A DNA stretch of 64,000 nt, taken from contig CATNEN010000010.1 in the NCBI GenBank assembly GCA_950097015.1, positions 682,001 to 746,000 of the forward strand, written 5' to 3'. Positions 50,346-63,763 of this stretch are shown here, piece by piece. Under the pieces are notes generated by a model that worked only from the letters and a program-made list of their open reading frames with translations, was not told the DNA's origin and searched no databases. The translations under genes and the position numbers were made by a program. The stretch's first letter is position 1, and each line of letters opens with the position of its first letter. The stretch is from Macrostomum hystrix. Taxonomy: Eukaryota > Animalia > Platyhelminthes.

Positions 50346-51104
50346 GTGTGGCTGCTAGGCAATGAACTATGGAGATTGTTCGCAAACAATTTTGCCTGGT
50401 CAACATTCAGAGCTCACTTAGGCTCAAGAGCAGCTTATAAATAGGCCGCAGAACCTCGGAAATGGACATGCCGCATTGTAAACACTGATGGGACACGGGT
50501 GACAGCAACAATCAGAGGCTGGAAAATTTCTGTCAGTTTGCTTTTCGTGCTTGTTTTGTCGAGAAAAATTTTTTATTTCTGAGTTGTGGAAAAATTTAAA
50601 TGCTGTTTTCGCTTTAAAAATACTCGAAGAGAGAGGGTAATTTTCCATTTTGTTGCTTTTTACAGATTTTTTTATGTTAGACACGCGAATAGGCTGTTGT
50701 AAAACTCCAGAAATAGGAAACTGCTTGTTTAGACGTTAGGTAATTATAGTAAAATAAAATAAAATTTTCCGCGACTGAAATTTGTCGTCTTAATTGATTC
50801 TCAGCTTCGCTTTTAGGTTAGGCAGTGTGTATACCGTGCGTGCTGAGCTGTGATAGCGGTTGCATTGTGAATGGCGTGACTGCATGTTCATAGGGTAGAC
50901 CCTGCTAGCCCCATGGTTTGCTTGACTTGTTCAACTAACTAAACTGTTTCCGTCTCAACTCTTGTTATCTTACCCAAGACAGCTGCTCACTGCCCAAGCT
51001 GCACTGCAGCTTTCCGTCCATCTCGTGGGCTCGTGTTATTGTCTGTCTCGGGCTGTTCTTGAGACCGTTTAACCGCGAAAAAAGCTGGAAAATTTTGCTA
51101 TGGG

Positions 51105-51378
51105 TAAGAAACGTGACTTCAATTCAGGGTTAATAAAAAATAATTGCTGGAGGGCTGCAGGCAATGGCACATAATTTGGTGACACTAGACCCGATGCCAG
51201 CGAGGAGGCAATTCTGCCCATTGAGCTGACTCCTGAGCACACACGCACAAGGATACCGTACGCAGGCACACACTCACACAGGTGTGTACGTCCGCCCTGA
51301 CTTTCTCATCGTCAGTCACTTTTAGTGTGCCTTGGAGGTTGGCCCTCAAGCGCGCAAATTGCACGACAAGTCCCCATG
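51105..51378 (-). mobile_element. SINE family A, 3' part, abutting the 45-bp satellite
   Basis: The reverse complement matches 13665-13910 (ccaacctccaa...gacgatgagaaagtcagggc...cgtacggtatcc...gtgtgctcaggagtcag). Confidence 0.75.
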
Positions 51379-51396
51379 TTCTAGTTCAAGTTCTAG

Positions 51397-54300
51397 TAGG
51401 GCCTGGTTCATGTGCAGATGATGGGTCTACTCTATTCCAACCAGGGCCTGGTTCATGTGCAGATAATGGGTCTATTCTATTCCAATCAGGGCCTGGTTCA
51501 TGTGCAGATGATGGGTCTACTCTATTCCAACCAGGGTCTGGTTCATGTGCAGATGATGGGTCTACTCTATTCCAACCAGGGCCTGGTTCATGTGCAGATG
51601 ATGGGTCTACTCTATTCCAACCAGGGTCTGGTTCATGTGCAGATGATGGGTCTATTCTATTCCAACCAGGGTCTGGTTCATGTGCAGATGATAGGTCTAC
51701 TCTATTCCAACCAGGGCCTGGTTCATGTGCAGATGATGGGTCTATTCTATTTTAACCAGGGCCTGGTTCATGTGCAGATGATGGGTCTATTCTATTTTAA
51801 CCAGGGCCTGGTTCATGTGCAGATGATGGGTCTATTCTATTTTAACCAGGGTCTGGTTCATGTGCAGATGATGGGTCTATTCTATTTTAACCAGGGCCTG
51901 GTTCATGTGCAGATGATGGGTCTATTCTATTTTAACCAGGGTCTGGTTCATGTGCAGATGATGGGTCTATTCTATTTTAACCAGGGCCTGGTTCATGTGC
52001 AGATGATGGGTCTACTCTATTCCAATCAGGGCCTGGTTCATGTGCAGATGATGGGTCTATTCTATTTTAACCAGGGCCTGGTTCATGTGCAGATAATGGG
52101 TCTATTCTATTCCAACCAGGGTCTGGTTCATGTGCAGATGATGGGTCTACTCTATTCCAACCAGGGTCTGGTTCATGTGCAGATGATGGGTCTATTCTAT
52201 TCCAACCAGGGCCTGGTTCATGTGCAGATGATGGGTCTATTCTATTCCAACCAGGGCCTGGTTCATGTGCAGATGATGGGTCTACTCTATTCCAACCAGG
52301 GTCTGGTTCATGTGCAGATGATGGGTCTACTCTATTCCAACTAGGGCCTGGTACATGTGCAGATGATGGGTCTACTCTATTCCAATCAGGGCCTGGTTCA
52401 TGTGCAGATGATAGGTCTACTCTATTCCAACCAGGGTCTGGTTCATGTGCAGATGATGGGTCTACTCTTTTCCAACCAGGGTCTGGTTCATGTGCAGATG
52501 ATGGGTCTACTCTATTCCAATCAGGGCCTGGTTCATGTGCAGATGATGGGTCTACTCTATTCCAACCAGGGTCTGGTTCATGTGCAGATGATGGGTCTAC
52601 TCTATTCCAACCAGGGTCTGGTTCATGTGCAGATGATGGGTCTACTCTATTCCAACCAGGGTCTGGTTCATGTGCAGATGATGGGTCTACTCTATTCCAA
52701 TCAGGGCCTGGTTCATGTGCAGATGATGGGTCTACTCTATTCCAACTAGGGCCTGGTTCATGTGCAGATGATGGGTCTACTCTATTCCAACCAGGGTCTG
52801 GTTCATGTGCAGATGATGGGTCTACTCTATTCCAACCAGGACCTGGTTCATGTGCAGATGATGGGTCTATTCTATTCCAATCAGGGTCTGGTTCATGTGC
52901 AGATGATGGGTCTACTCTATTCCAACCAGGGTCTGGTTCATGTGCAGATGATGGGTCTACTCTATTCCAACCAGGGTCTGGTTCATGTGCAGATGATGGG
53001 TCTATTCTATTTTAACCAGGGCCTGGTTCATGTGCAGATGATAGGTCTACTCTATTCCAACCAGGGTCTGGTTCATGTGCAGATGATGGGTCTACTCTAT
53101 TCCAACCAGGGTCTGGTTCATGTGCAGATGATGGGTCTATTCTATTTTAACCAGGGCCTGGTTCATGTGCAGATGATGGGTCTACTCTATTCCAACCAGG
53201 ACCTGGTTCATGTGCAGATGATGGGTCTACTCTATTCCAACTAGGGCCTGGTTCATGTGCAGATGATGGGTCTACTCTATTCCAACCAGGGTCTGGTTCA
53301 TGTGCAGATGATGGGTCTATTCTATTTTAACCAGGGCCTGGTTCATGTGCAGATGATGGGTCTACTCTATTCCAACCAGGGTCTGGTTCATGTGCAGATG
53401 ATGGGTCTACTCTATTCCAACCAGGGCCTGGTTCATGTGCAGATGATGGGTCTATTCTATTTTAACCAGGGCCTGGTTCATGTGCAGATGATGGGTCTAC
53501 TCTATTCCAACCAGGACCTGGTTCATGTGCAGATGATGGGTCTACTCTATTCCAACTAGGGCCTGGTTCATGTGCAGATGATGGGTCTACTCTATTCCAA
53601 CCAGGACCTGGTTCATGTGCAGATGATGGGTCTACTCTATTCCAACTAGGGCCTGGTTCATGTGCAGATGATGGGTCTACTCTATTCCAATCAGGGCCTG
53701 GTTCATGTGCAGATGATGGGTCTATTCTATTCCAACCAGGGCCTGGTTCATGTGCAGATGATGGGTCTATTCTATTCCAACCAGGACCTGGTTCATGTGC
53801 AGATGATGGGTCTATTCTATTCCAACCAGGACCTGGTTCATGTGCAGATGATGGGTCTATTCTATTTTAACCAGGGCCTGGTTCATGTGCAGATGATGGG
53901 TCTACTCTATTCCAATCAGGGCCTGGTTCATGTGCAGATGATGGGTCTACTCTATTCCAACTAGGGCCTGGTTCATGTGCAGATGATGGGTCTACTCTAT
54001 TCCAATCAGGGCCTGGTTCATGTGCAGATGATGGGTCTATTCTATTCCAACCAGGGCCTGGTTCATGTGCAGATGATGGGTCTACTCTATTCCAACCAGG
54101 GTCTGGTTCATGTGCAGATGATGGGTCTACTCTATTCCAACTAGGGCCTGGTACATGTGCAGATGATGGGTCTACTCTATTCCAATCAGGGCCTGGTTCA
54201 TGTGCAGATGATAGGTCTACTCTATTCCAACCAGGGTCTGGTTCATGTGCAGATGATGGGTCTACTCTATTCCAACCAGGGTCTGGTTCATGTGCAGATG

Positions 54301-55545
54301 ATGGGTCTACTCTATTCCAATCAGGGCCTGGTTCATGTGCAGATGATGGGTCTACTCTATTCCAACCAGGGTCTGGTTCATGTGCAGATGATGGGTCTAC
54401 TCTATTCCAACCAGGGTCTGGTTCATGTGCAGATGATGGGTCTACTCTATTCCAACCAGGGTCTGGTTCATGTGCAGATGATGGGTCTACTCTATTCCAA
54501 TCAGGGCCTGGTTCATGTGCAGATGATGGGTCTACTCTATTCCAACTAGGGCCTGGTTCATGTGCAGATGATGGGTCTACTCTATTCCAACCAGGGTCTG
54601 GTTCATGTGCAGATGATGGGTCTACTCTATTCCAACCAGGACCTGGTTCATGTGCAGATGATGGGTCTATTCTATTCCAATCAGGGTCTGGTTCATGTGC
54701 AGATGATGGGTCTACTCTATTCCAACCAGGGTCTGGTTCATGTGCAGATGATGGGTCTACTCTATTCCAACCAGGGTCTGGTTCATGTGCAGATGATGGG
54801 TCTACTCTATTCCAACCAGGGCCTGGTTCATGTGCAGATGATGGGTCTATTCTATTTTAACCAGGGCCTGGTTCATGTGCAGATGATGGGTCTACTCTAT
54901 TCCAACCAGGGTCTGGTTCATGTGCAGATGATGGGTCTACTCTATTCCAACCAGGACCTGGTTCATGTGCAGATGATGGGTCTACTCTATTCCAACTAGG
55001 GCCTGGTTCATGTGCAGATGATGGGTCTACTCTATTCCAACCAGGGTCTGGTTCATGTGCAGATGATGGGTCTATTCTATTTTAACCAGGGCCTGGTTCA
55101 TGTGCAGATGATGGGTCTATTCTATTTTAACCAGGGCCTGGTTCATGTGCAGATGATGGGTCTATTCTATTCCAACCAGGGTCTGGTTCATGTGCAGATG
55201 ATGGGTCTACTCTATTCCAATCAGGGTCTGGTTCATGTGCAGATGATGGGTCTATTCTATTCCAACCAGGGCCTGGTTCATGTGCAGATGATGGGTCTAC
55301 TCTATTCCAATCAGGGCCTGGTTCATGTGCAGATGATAGGTCTACTCTATTCCAACCAGGGCCTGGTTCATGTGCAGATGATGGGTCTACTCTATTCCAA
55401 TCAGGGCCTGGTTCATGTGCAGATGATGGGTCTACTCTATTCCAATCAGGGCCTGGTTCATGTGCAGATGATGGGTCTACTCTATTCCAATCAGGGCCTG
55501 GTTCATGTGCAGATGATAGGTCTACTCTATTCCAACTAGGGCCTG
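51397..55545. repeat. 4.1-kb 45-bp satellite (GGGCCTGGTTCATGTGCAGATGATGGGTCTACTCTATTCCAACCA)n
   Basis: About 92 units. Stop-codon variants occur in both long frames, so the array is non-coding. Confidence 0.97.
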
Positions 55546-55619
55546 GAAAATCCTTTCGTCATCCTGTCCACCCCAACTTACTATGAATTGTTATGACCTT
55601 AATTGTAGTAAAGACCATG

Positions 55620-55725
55620 CCATTTCCCCCCACGGGCTATTTCAAATACCCACGATCGCTGCCAAACGGAATGACCGATTTTCGTGAAAGTTCACCATGC
55701 ACATGGATTAAACTTTCCGCCTTTT
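55620..55725 (-). mobile_element. Interspersed repeat family B fragment
   Basis: atttcaaataccc...ccaaacggaatgaccgattttcgtgaaagttcac is the reverse complement of 58200-58295. Confidence 0.6.
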
Positions 55726-56084
55726 ACGATCAGCCATTCTTGTCGAAGACAGCAAACACTGCACTGTATAAACCCCCAGGGCGGATCCATATTGATTATA
55801 GCGCTTCAAGTTTCGGTCTCTGTTTTGGTATTTTCCTATATGTAGTCTAGCGGTTGGCTGCAGTCTAGCTGTCTTGAAGGCCATAACTCCTAACGACTAT
55901 CGTTCTCAGTATCTCGGGTGACTGGTGCGATCTCTTCCGGGTTTTTAGCTCGAGATCAAATCAAGAAAGAACTCAAACACAGTTAGTTTTCTAATTAGTT
56001 AACTTAACGGAGCTCAAAGCTAATTCTCTAACGACTCGCGGCGGATCATTTTTCCGCGCTCCGCTCCGACTTATATAATGTTTT

Positions 56085-56748
56085 TGTAACCCCTCGTTCC
56101 GAGGGGAAGACAATACCGTAGCAACAGTACGCATGAGAATTTGGGGTGAGTGAGGTCGCAGCCTCTAGTCTAGTACAGTCATTATCATTAGACTAGTTGG
56201 TTGGCCGGCACACCAACCCCTTTCCTATGGAGGGTGGGTAAAAGTTCTGAAAACGCCTTAGTTGAGTTAGGACGCGTTCCCGCTTCTACCGAGACCTCTT
56301 TCCTACTGTTCATTATCCCCTTCCCCTTCATCGATCCAGTCTTCTTATGCGGTCCCGGCCTCCTCCAGATCTTGTTCCCGATCGGGTCCGGGCGGCTCCA
56401 GTTTCAGGCTGGGCTGGGTCGATGCAGCAGCTGCGGGTCGGGACAGGCCGGGTTGATTCCGGGAGCTCCACGTCAGCACAGCTGCGGGTCAAAAGCGGCT
56501 CCACGTCAGCACCGCTGCTGTCATGCCGGACCGGGTTTGCGCTGAAATGATTAAGTGGTCTCGGGGCGAATCTTAGTCTAATCTTTCTGCTTTCAGTTGC
56601 TTGCCCTCTCTGCTGTTGCTATTTTTTGCCTAGTTTTATCCTAGAACTCTCTTGAATTCCTTTCAGATTTCTAAGTCTTGATGTACAGATTGATTCAGTG
56701 ATGTACAAATTCACAATATAATCAATAATAATAGCCGACATGGTTACA
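56085..56748. mobile_element. Possible solo LTR
   Basis: TGTAACC...GGTTACA termini. No TSD found. Confidence 0.35.
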
Positions 56749-56779
56749 CGGCGAAATTTTCAGAGCAGAAAAAGTATGC

Positions 56780-56970
56780 CTATATTTGTGGTTTTTGCCA
56801 TCAGACACCCCGACAAGAATCGTTGAATATCTCGACGATTCCGATGTTTTGTGATTCAGGAACAATTTAGTCCGTGTTCTGGATTTTCTTGACGACTGGT
56901 TGAATATTTTGGAAGATACAGAAAACGAACATTGTGGGTATTTGAAACACCCCCTATGGCCTTTCTGCTG
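56780..56970. mobile_element. Interspersed repeat family B fragment(s)
   Basis: 56795-56870 is the reverse complement of 57915-57985. gtgggtatttgaaacacccc at ~56935 matches 58280 in direct orientation. Confidence 0.55.
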
Positions 56971-57552
56971 TTAAAAGAGGAATTCATGAAGAAATATAGA
57001 CAATTTGTCTTCAACAAAAATTGCAACCTTCGATATCTAATGACGCATATTTATCGCACCTTTCACTGAGTCCCAGTTCCGTATTGGACTGCTGGATAAA
57101 GCTTGCTTCAGTTAGGTATATTTTATAGCAGCAAGCACAGGAATAAAGATACGCTAACTTGCCCAGAAGAAACTATGGACAGTGCCAGATGACGCGCCCC
57201 GGACCTCGGAACCGCCAGGTAACAAATTAAACGAATCAAGATGGATAAACAGAGCATACTGACACACCAGTTAAAAGCAAATAAGTTTAGTGAACAAGTC
57301 AAGTTTATATTGCAGGCATCAAGCGATACTCGGCTTAGCTGAAGTACATCATGTTGAATTTCGTTAAAGTTACCTTAAAGTTACCTAAAATATATTTTTT
57401 TGATTGACAATAGTTTTACGATAGAGTTCTGATATCATGCGAATAGTGCAAGTCTAGCAGACTTTTAATTAACCATGCAGTCAGTATAGTTAAGAAAAAT
57501 CAAGCTACCGTGGGACAGTAGTTTGGGAGGCTCTAGGAAACTTTAACTTGCT

Positions 57553-59397
57553 CTATTTAACCCTAAACAAGTAGTACATTCCTGGCTGGTCTCCGTAGTA
57601 ACACTCGCGTTCTTCCCACAAAGCGACCTGCCAGACGCCCTCCGACTGCAGTTTGAGCAGTTCCGGCTCCATCTGGCTCAGCACGGGATCTGTGCTCAGA
57701 AACTCCTTGCGTATGGCGATGCCAACCACGCCACCTGCGATTGAAAAGTTTTGAGACTGGATGAGCTGTTGGTAATAATGCAATCTATTTGTTTCTACTT
57801 TGTTTCTATTAATACTCGTATAGTGGTAGAAATACCACGTAGGGTCAGTTATATTTTTCTGTATCTCCGGAATTCAGAGCTAAAGATCTGCCTCTGTCCG
57901 ATGAAACAACTTCCAGAATCACAAAGCATCGGCATCGTCGAGACACTTGACGATTCTTGTCGGGGGTGTCTGGTGGCAAAAAGCAGCAATATATCGGCGA
58001 ACATTTTCTGCACACAAAATTTCATAATGTAATCATGTCGGCTATTAAGCTGTTGATTATATTTTATTTTTTATATTGTTACTTTTTCATTATTGAACCA
58101 GTAAGGATTTTCCATAGAGATGTTAATGCGGAGCATTGTTAGTTCTCCTTGTCACCAGGGTCTTCGACAAATCGCTGATTGTCTCGAAAGTTAGTTAATC
58201 AAAAAATAATTTAATCGATTTAGTGGACTTTCACAAAAATCGGTCATTCGGTTTGGTTGCTATCGTGAAGCAGGCAGCGGGTATTTGAAATCCCACCCGT
58301 GGCCTTCCCCAGGGGAAAAAGTGTGGTCTTTCCCCAGGGGAAAAGTGTGGCCTTCCCCAGGGGAAAAAGTGTGGCCTTCCCCAGGGGAAAAAGTGTGGCC
58401 TTCCCCAGGGGAAAAAGTGTGGTCTTTCCCCAGGGGAAAAGTGTGGCCTTCCCCAGGGGAAAAAGTGTGGCCTTCCCCAGGGGAAAAAGTGTGGTCTTTC
58501 CCCAGGGGAAAAAGTGTGGTCTTTCCCCAGGGGAAAAAGTGTGGTCTTTCCCCAGGGGAAAAAGTGTGGTCATTCCCTAGGGGAAAAGTGTGGCCTTCCA
58601 CAGGGGAAAAAGTGTGGTCTTTCTACTTTGCAAGAATTTGATGATGCGCCAGAGATTTCAGCCTTGCTGGTGGTGTACGCGAGTTGCAGCGGTCATTGTG
58701 AAAGTGACGAGAGTTTATTTTTAGTGAAAACTCCATCTGCAATCGACTGCACTACACGGATCGCACAGACGGCTTTATGGGGCTGCCAGAATCTGTCTAG
58801 GATGATCGCTTCTATTGGAGCAAACCAAACATCTAGATATTCGGTTGCTTCGTCTGTTCCAACAGTTCCATGAAATGTGTACTCACCTGGCTTGACCAGC
58901 GCAGCTAGGTGGCGCAGGCAGGAGGGCGCCAGGTGATTGGGACAAAACGAACCAGTAGTCAGCAGGGCGTCATAGGTTCTCGGTGGCACGCACTTCAGCG
59001 GCTGATCTCCGATGAGCTCGCAGTGGAGACTGTCGTAGACGCCTTTCCGACGGGCAACTTCCAGCATCTTGTCGCTGCCATCGACACCGTCCACATGGGC
59101 ATAGCCTAGTTGGCGCAGCCGCTCGCCAACCAAGCCAGTTCCGCAGGCAACGTCAAGGATGCGGCACTGTGGTTCGGGCGGCATCAGCTTGGCGAAGGCG
59201 TCTGCCAGGTCGCGCGGATTGTTGTAACCGTTCGGCACCCTGGCCAGGTCATCCTCGTAGGTGCTGGACCAGCGATTGTACACATCGGACACCTGCTCGC
59301 GGCTCAGCTCGCGGTCGTCAAGGAAGGCGTCGATGCGGTCGACGACAGCCTCTGGACCAGCGGCTGCGATGGACTCTACAGTGCCATGGTTGCTCAT
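57553..59397 (-). CDS. METTL27/WBSCR27-like methyltransferase, paralog 3; exons 59397-58887 and 57734-57553
   Basis: YNRWSSTYEDDL, ILDVACGTGLV, VDGVDGSDKML and YDALLTTGSF. Junction LVKP-G|gtgagt. Exon 2 reads GVVGIAIRKE...YYLFRVK*. Confidence 0.88.
58300..58625. repeat. 24-25-bp minisatellite (CCTTCCCCAGGGGAAAAAGTGTGG)n inside a family-B repeat in the intron of methyltransferase paralog 3
   Basis: About 13 units. The flanks match the single-unit family-B copy at 8253-8315. Confidence 0.9.
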
Positions 59398-60195
59398 GGC
59401 CTTCTGGATTAGGTTGCACTTTTCTGCGTGCGAAAACCGCTTGAGAAAACAATAATTGTCTTTCCACTCTCTGCCATGGCTTCCTAGCTTCAAAACAGCC
59501 TCGAAAATATAGTTCGTGAATTGTGCCCATTATGCGCTTTGTGCGTGCAATGAATGTGCATCTCAGCCCTTAAAGTGGTCGTGTGACACGTCAGCTTTAA
59601 ACTTATACAAAGCGCGCACGAATGTACATTTTTAAGGTACACTTTGCCAAGCCCGTAAAAATTCGTACCCTTGTTTTCTGTCTGTTTGAACTGTAAGCTG
59701 AATAGGCAAAACACGGTGCGTCGCATGCTAATCGATTTCTTGAATTCGTTCTTACTATTGGCGCCCTGTGAATGACTCTTTAATTACTGCGCATTTTGCC
59801 GCACAAATTAAGATAAATAAGGCCTGATTGGTGATAAAATAAGGAAATTAGAGAATGGAACAATTAGGAAATTCTATCTTAAATAAAACAGGAAAAATAT
59901 TAACATTCTTTTATTTAAGCCACCTCTGTAGACTGCTCATTGTACACAGCTCCCCCCACGTGCATCTAAGAGCAAGGACTTGCATTAAAAAAAATGCATG
60001 ACGGCTATACACATTTAATGTTTTATCGACTTTGACCTTCAAAATTAATCTCGCCCAATAGCATCCGCCGTATAGTTAATCTTATCTATAGAGTGCAATC
60101 TGTTCTTCCTACAAGGCATGACTAGAGTCTAATTCGGCTAGCTATGCCATATGTGTTGCTGTTGCACAAAAACAATGAATGTTACATGACGCCTA

Positions 60196-62473
60196 ATGTA
60201 TACAAAACGCGAGAAGGGGGGAGTGATCTCACGGAACGTGCTGGATCTTGGACTAGCCTCAGAGGCACTCGTCCCCCTCATCACCAACTTCTGCGTAGGG
60301 CAGGACCTGGATAGTGACCACCTTCCAATCATAGTCACCTTGGGACTTAAGTCTCCCCTTCTGAATGATCAAGATACTAAAGCAAACTGGGATGCCTTCA
60401 AATCCCACATTAGCCAAAAGCTCCTGGATCCCTGGGTCCCTCCCTTGGAAACCCCGCAGGATCTAGATGCTGAGGCAGAATATCTAACTGAGGCCATCCA
60501 GGGAGCGATTGCGTATGCAGTTCCTCTGAGGAAACGGATCTCACCCCTACCACCCTACATCGTGGACAAAATCAAGGAGAGGAGGAAGCTCCGCAGACTC
60601 TTTCACAGTTCTAGAGAGGATTCGTACCGTATCAGTGCAAATAGGCTGGCCAAACAAATCCGCAAAGATATCGAAAATTTCAAACAGCGTAAGCACACTA
60701 AAATGTGCGAGAAACTGGTTGAAAAAAGTGAAAATCAAGAAGTCAAAAACTTTTGGCGGGATGTAAAGGTTCTAATGGGACAGAAGAAGGGTAACACCAT
60801 CCCCACCCTGACCTCTGGGTCCATAAAGGCCTTTACCGACCAAGACAAGGCAAATCTTCTTGCGGAGTCGCTGGATGCCAAGATGCGCCCTGTCCCGACC
60901 ACCAGCCCTGATTATGCTGAGACGGTTAACCAATACTCCCAGCTCAGGCTGCTCTATCCCTCTAAGCCGGACAGCAGGATTCCACTGCTCCCCTTAGAGG
61001 CACCAATCAAGTTCGAGGACGTCACTTGGGAGCTTGCCCACCTGAGGGAGGATAGTGCCCCAGGGCTCGACAAGATCCCCAACAGTGCCCTCAAACGTGG
61101 TCTCGAACACGTCTCAGTGACCCGTATAACCAGTCTGTTCAACGCCTGTTTTGAACAAGGCCACTTTCCCAGCCCCTGGAAAAAAGCAGTAGTAGTGATG
61201 CTACCAAAGCCTAACAAACCCCGAGATGACCCAAACTCATACAGACCAATCAGCCTAACATCCTGCCTAGGCAAAGTTTTTGAAAAAAATCATTGCGCGG
61301 AGGCTAAAAAGCCACCTGGAATCCACGGGCGCACTGGGTGCAGATCAATGCGCCTACAGGAAAAATCACTCCACTTATGATAATCTGTGCCGCTTGGTGC
61401 AGAATATCATGGTGGCCAAACACAAGAAAAAGAAATTATCCGCAGTCCTGCTAGATGTCGAAGCAGCCTTTGACTCCGTCTGGCAGGACGCACTGCGGTA
61501 CCAAATGATCCAGGCAAACCTCCCGGGGCGGGTTCTTAGTATCTGCTCCAGCTACCTTCGGGACAGGTTGGTCCTAGTGAGGGTTAACTTAGCCCTCAGC
61601 CAGTCGTTTAAACTCAAGGCTGGCGTCCCCCAGGGTGGAGTCATCAGCCCACTCCTCTATCTGCTCTTTGTGAGCACCATGCCAACCCCAAAAACACCTG
61701 GAGTAGAACGAAGCCAGTTCGCCGACGACATGGCAATCTGGGCGTCGGCGGAAGGTTTCGTTAAGCTCAGGAAAAACCTGCAGCGCTACCTGGATGAAGT
61801 CCATAAATGGTGCGGCGTGCAGGGCATCAAAATCAATGCCGGAAAAAGCCAGGCCATAACCTTCAATTGCAACAAACCCAGGGTAGCGTGCCAGGACAAA
61901 CGGCCCCAACTCCACCTGGGAACTGTACAAATTCAAAACTGCGATGTAGTTAAGTTCCTGGGCATAAAGCTGGACACTAACCTGAGACTTAATGAGCACG
62001 TGAAATCACAAATCAACACTTGCAGAGCGCAGGTGATGTGCCTTAGCAAGATTGCAAAAAAGACCAATCTGAAGAGCGACACTCTGAAAATGCTATACCG
62101 GGCTTACGTGGAGAGCACCATGACATATGGAGCACCCATTCTAACAATCCTAAGCCCGGGAAACAAGAGTGACCTTCAGAAAATTCAAAACATTGCCCTC
62201 AGAATCTTCTATGGGATCCCATCCTACATCTCCACCAGCTACTTGCATGAGCATGCCCAGATGCCCCTGGTAGCGAACAGGATTGATGATATGGGGACCC
62301 GCTGGCTCCTTAAAGCCTGCAAGGCTAAAATCCACAAACTAGAGAGGCGCCCTGATCCGATTAGGATAAAACCGGGGTCCAGAATGCCTGTCCTACATCA
62401 CCTCTGGGAAATCCTGGAGAGGAGAATAGCTGCTGCTACACCAGCACCCAGGGGTCCAGGCAGGACAAACTAA
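60196..62473 (+). mobile_element. 5'-truncated non-LTR retrotransposon ORF2 (Jockey/I-group-like): end of AP endonuclease plus complete RT, one frameshift
   Basis: VLDL...DLDSDHLPI (APE end), APGLDKI, WKKAVVVMLPKPNK, SYRPISLTSCLGKVFEK/IIARRL, LLDVEAAFDSVW, GVPQGGVISPLLY, QFADD and KFLG. A single +1 shift lies in the A7 run at ~61283-61289. Confidence 0.92.
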
Positions 62474-63763
62474 AAGAGGCAGCTGTTGCTGCAACAGCAA
62501 CCAAAAAACAATCACCACACAGCACCCAACATATGCAGCAGTTCATCTCATGTTGTGCTTGCTCTTTAGTTTGGCAAAAAAGTGGAACAAATAACAAGTC
62601 CCGGGACTAGACACTAAGCCATCCAGGTATTCCTTTGGGTCAGATTTTAAGATGTCATCATCGCACCGAGACGAGGGACGTTCCCTGAAGTTGCTTATAC
62701 AAGCTACCACAGGTACCAGTGAACCACAAACACTGGGCCAGTTTATCGGCTTAACTTCTCTCCGATATTTATATTCACAATATCCTCACATATTCTAGCG
62801 GAATGCCTACTTTTCGTAAAGCCGACTACTGCTAGTAGAGTAATTTGCGCATCGAACTAAAAGACGCAAATTATCATTATTCTACCGAAATATAAAACTT
62901 TAAAAATAAGCGCGAGGGAGGGTGGTGACGGTTCGCTCTTGCTGTCTTGCATCTCTTATGCCCCCCTCTGAATTTATACCCCAGCTATTGTCATATAAAA
63001 TATTGTCAAGCGCAGTTATTACACATACTGTAAAAAATATATATTTCTCTTTTAACCCCACTATGCATTTACCAAAATAACTGAATGCTAAATTCAAAAT
63101 ACCAATGTTCTGACCATTTTTTAACACCATGGCTCAGTGCCCAAATTTTCATTGAAATTTTGCGATAGGTAAATCAGGTAACTAGGCACTCGATCTATTT
63201 CTTTAATTTTTATTGAACCAAAACTTCGGACCTTCTAAAAATGTTAAAATTCTAAATTTCTATTTTATACTTTTATATTTATATTTTAATAGAAATTTTT
63301 TAATACAAGAAAATATATACAGCAGTAGAGCCCCCACAAGGGCTGAGCTGCAGTCCAGATTGGACAAGGCCGTTTAACAACAACCTTCAAATCATTTTCC
63401 ATAAAAGCCGAGTGGTGCTTCCGATTACGGGTGTCTCAAAAATGGGGCCAAATGTCAAACTGTGGCGCTCCCTCTCAACCGAAAAGTTTAAAACTTAACA
63501 GATTTATTGTAAACACATTTTTTAGTTTTTTTTCAGTAAAGTTGCAACTCCAATGCAAACAGCCACCTCTAGGCATGTTGTATACTCGCAGCTTTCTTTC
63601 GCATTTCGCGGAAATAGAAATGCGGCAACAATTTCATTGCATGCCGGAAAATGATGATTGCTGCCGGCTTTTGTCAATCGTTTATTTTTAATTACTTGAA
63701 ACAAACTAATCAAGGTTTTAACTAGATATTAGCATCTCGCACAGCTCATATTCCCTTCATTGA

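Noticed and set aside
51290-51320. Hammerhead ribozyme core (CTGACGA...GAAA) in SINE A
   Set aside because: Only 3 nt lie between CUGANGA and GAAA, so there is no stem II, and no stems I/III or cleavage triplet could be assembled.
51412-55539. Long repeat-protein ORFs (VHVQMMGLLYSNQGL)n and (GPGSCADDGSTLFQP)n
   Set aside because: Unit variants introduce TAG or TAA in both frames at irregular intervals, so this is a satellite and not a gene.
60199-62702. TATACAA as a TSD of the Jockey-like LINE
   Set aside because: No tail precedes the 3' copy, the 5' copy lies within endonuclease-like coding sequence, and a 7-bp AT-rich match is expected by chance.
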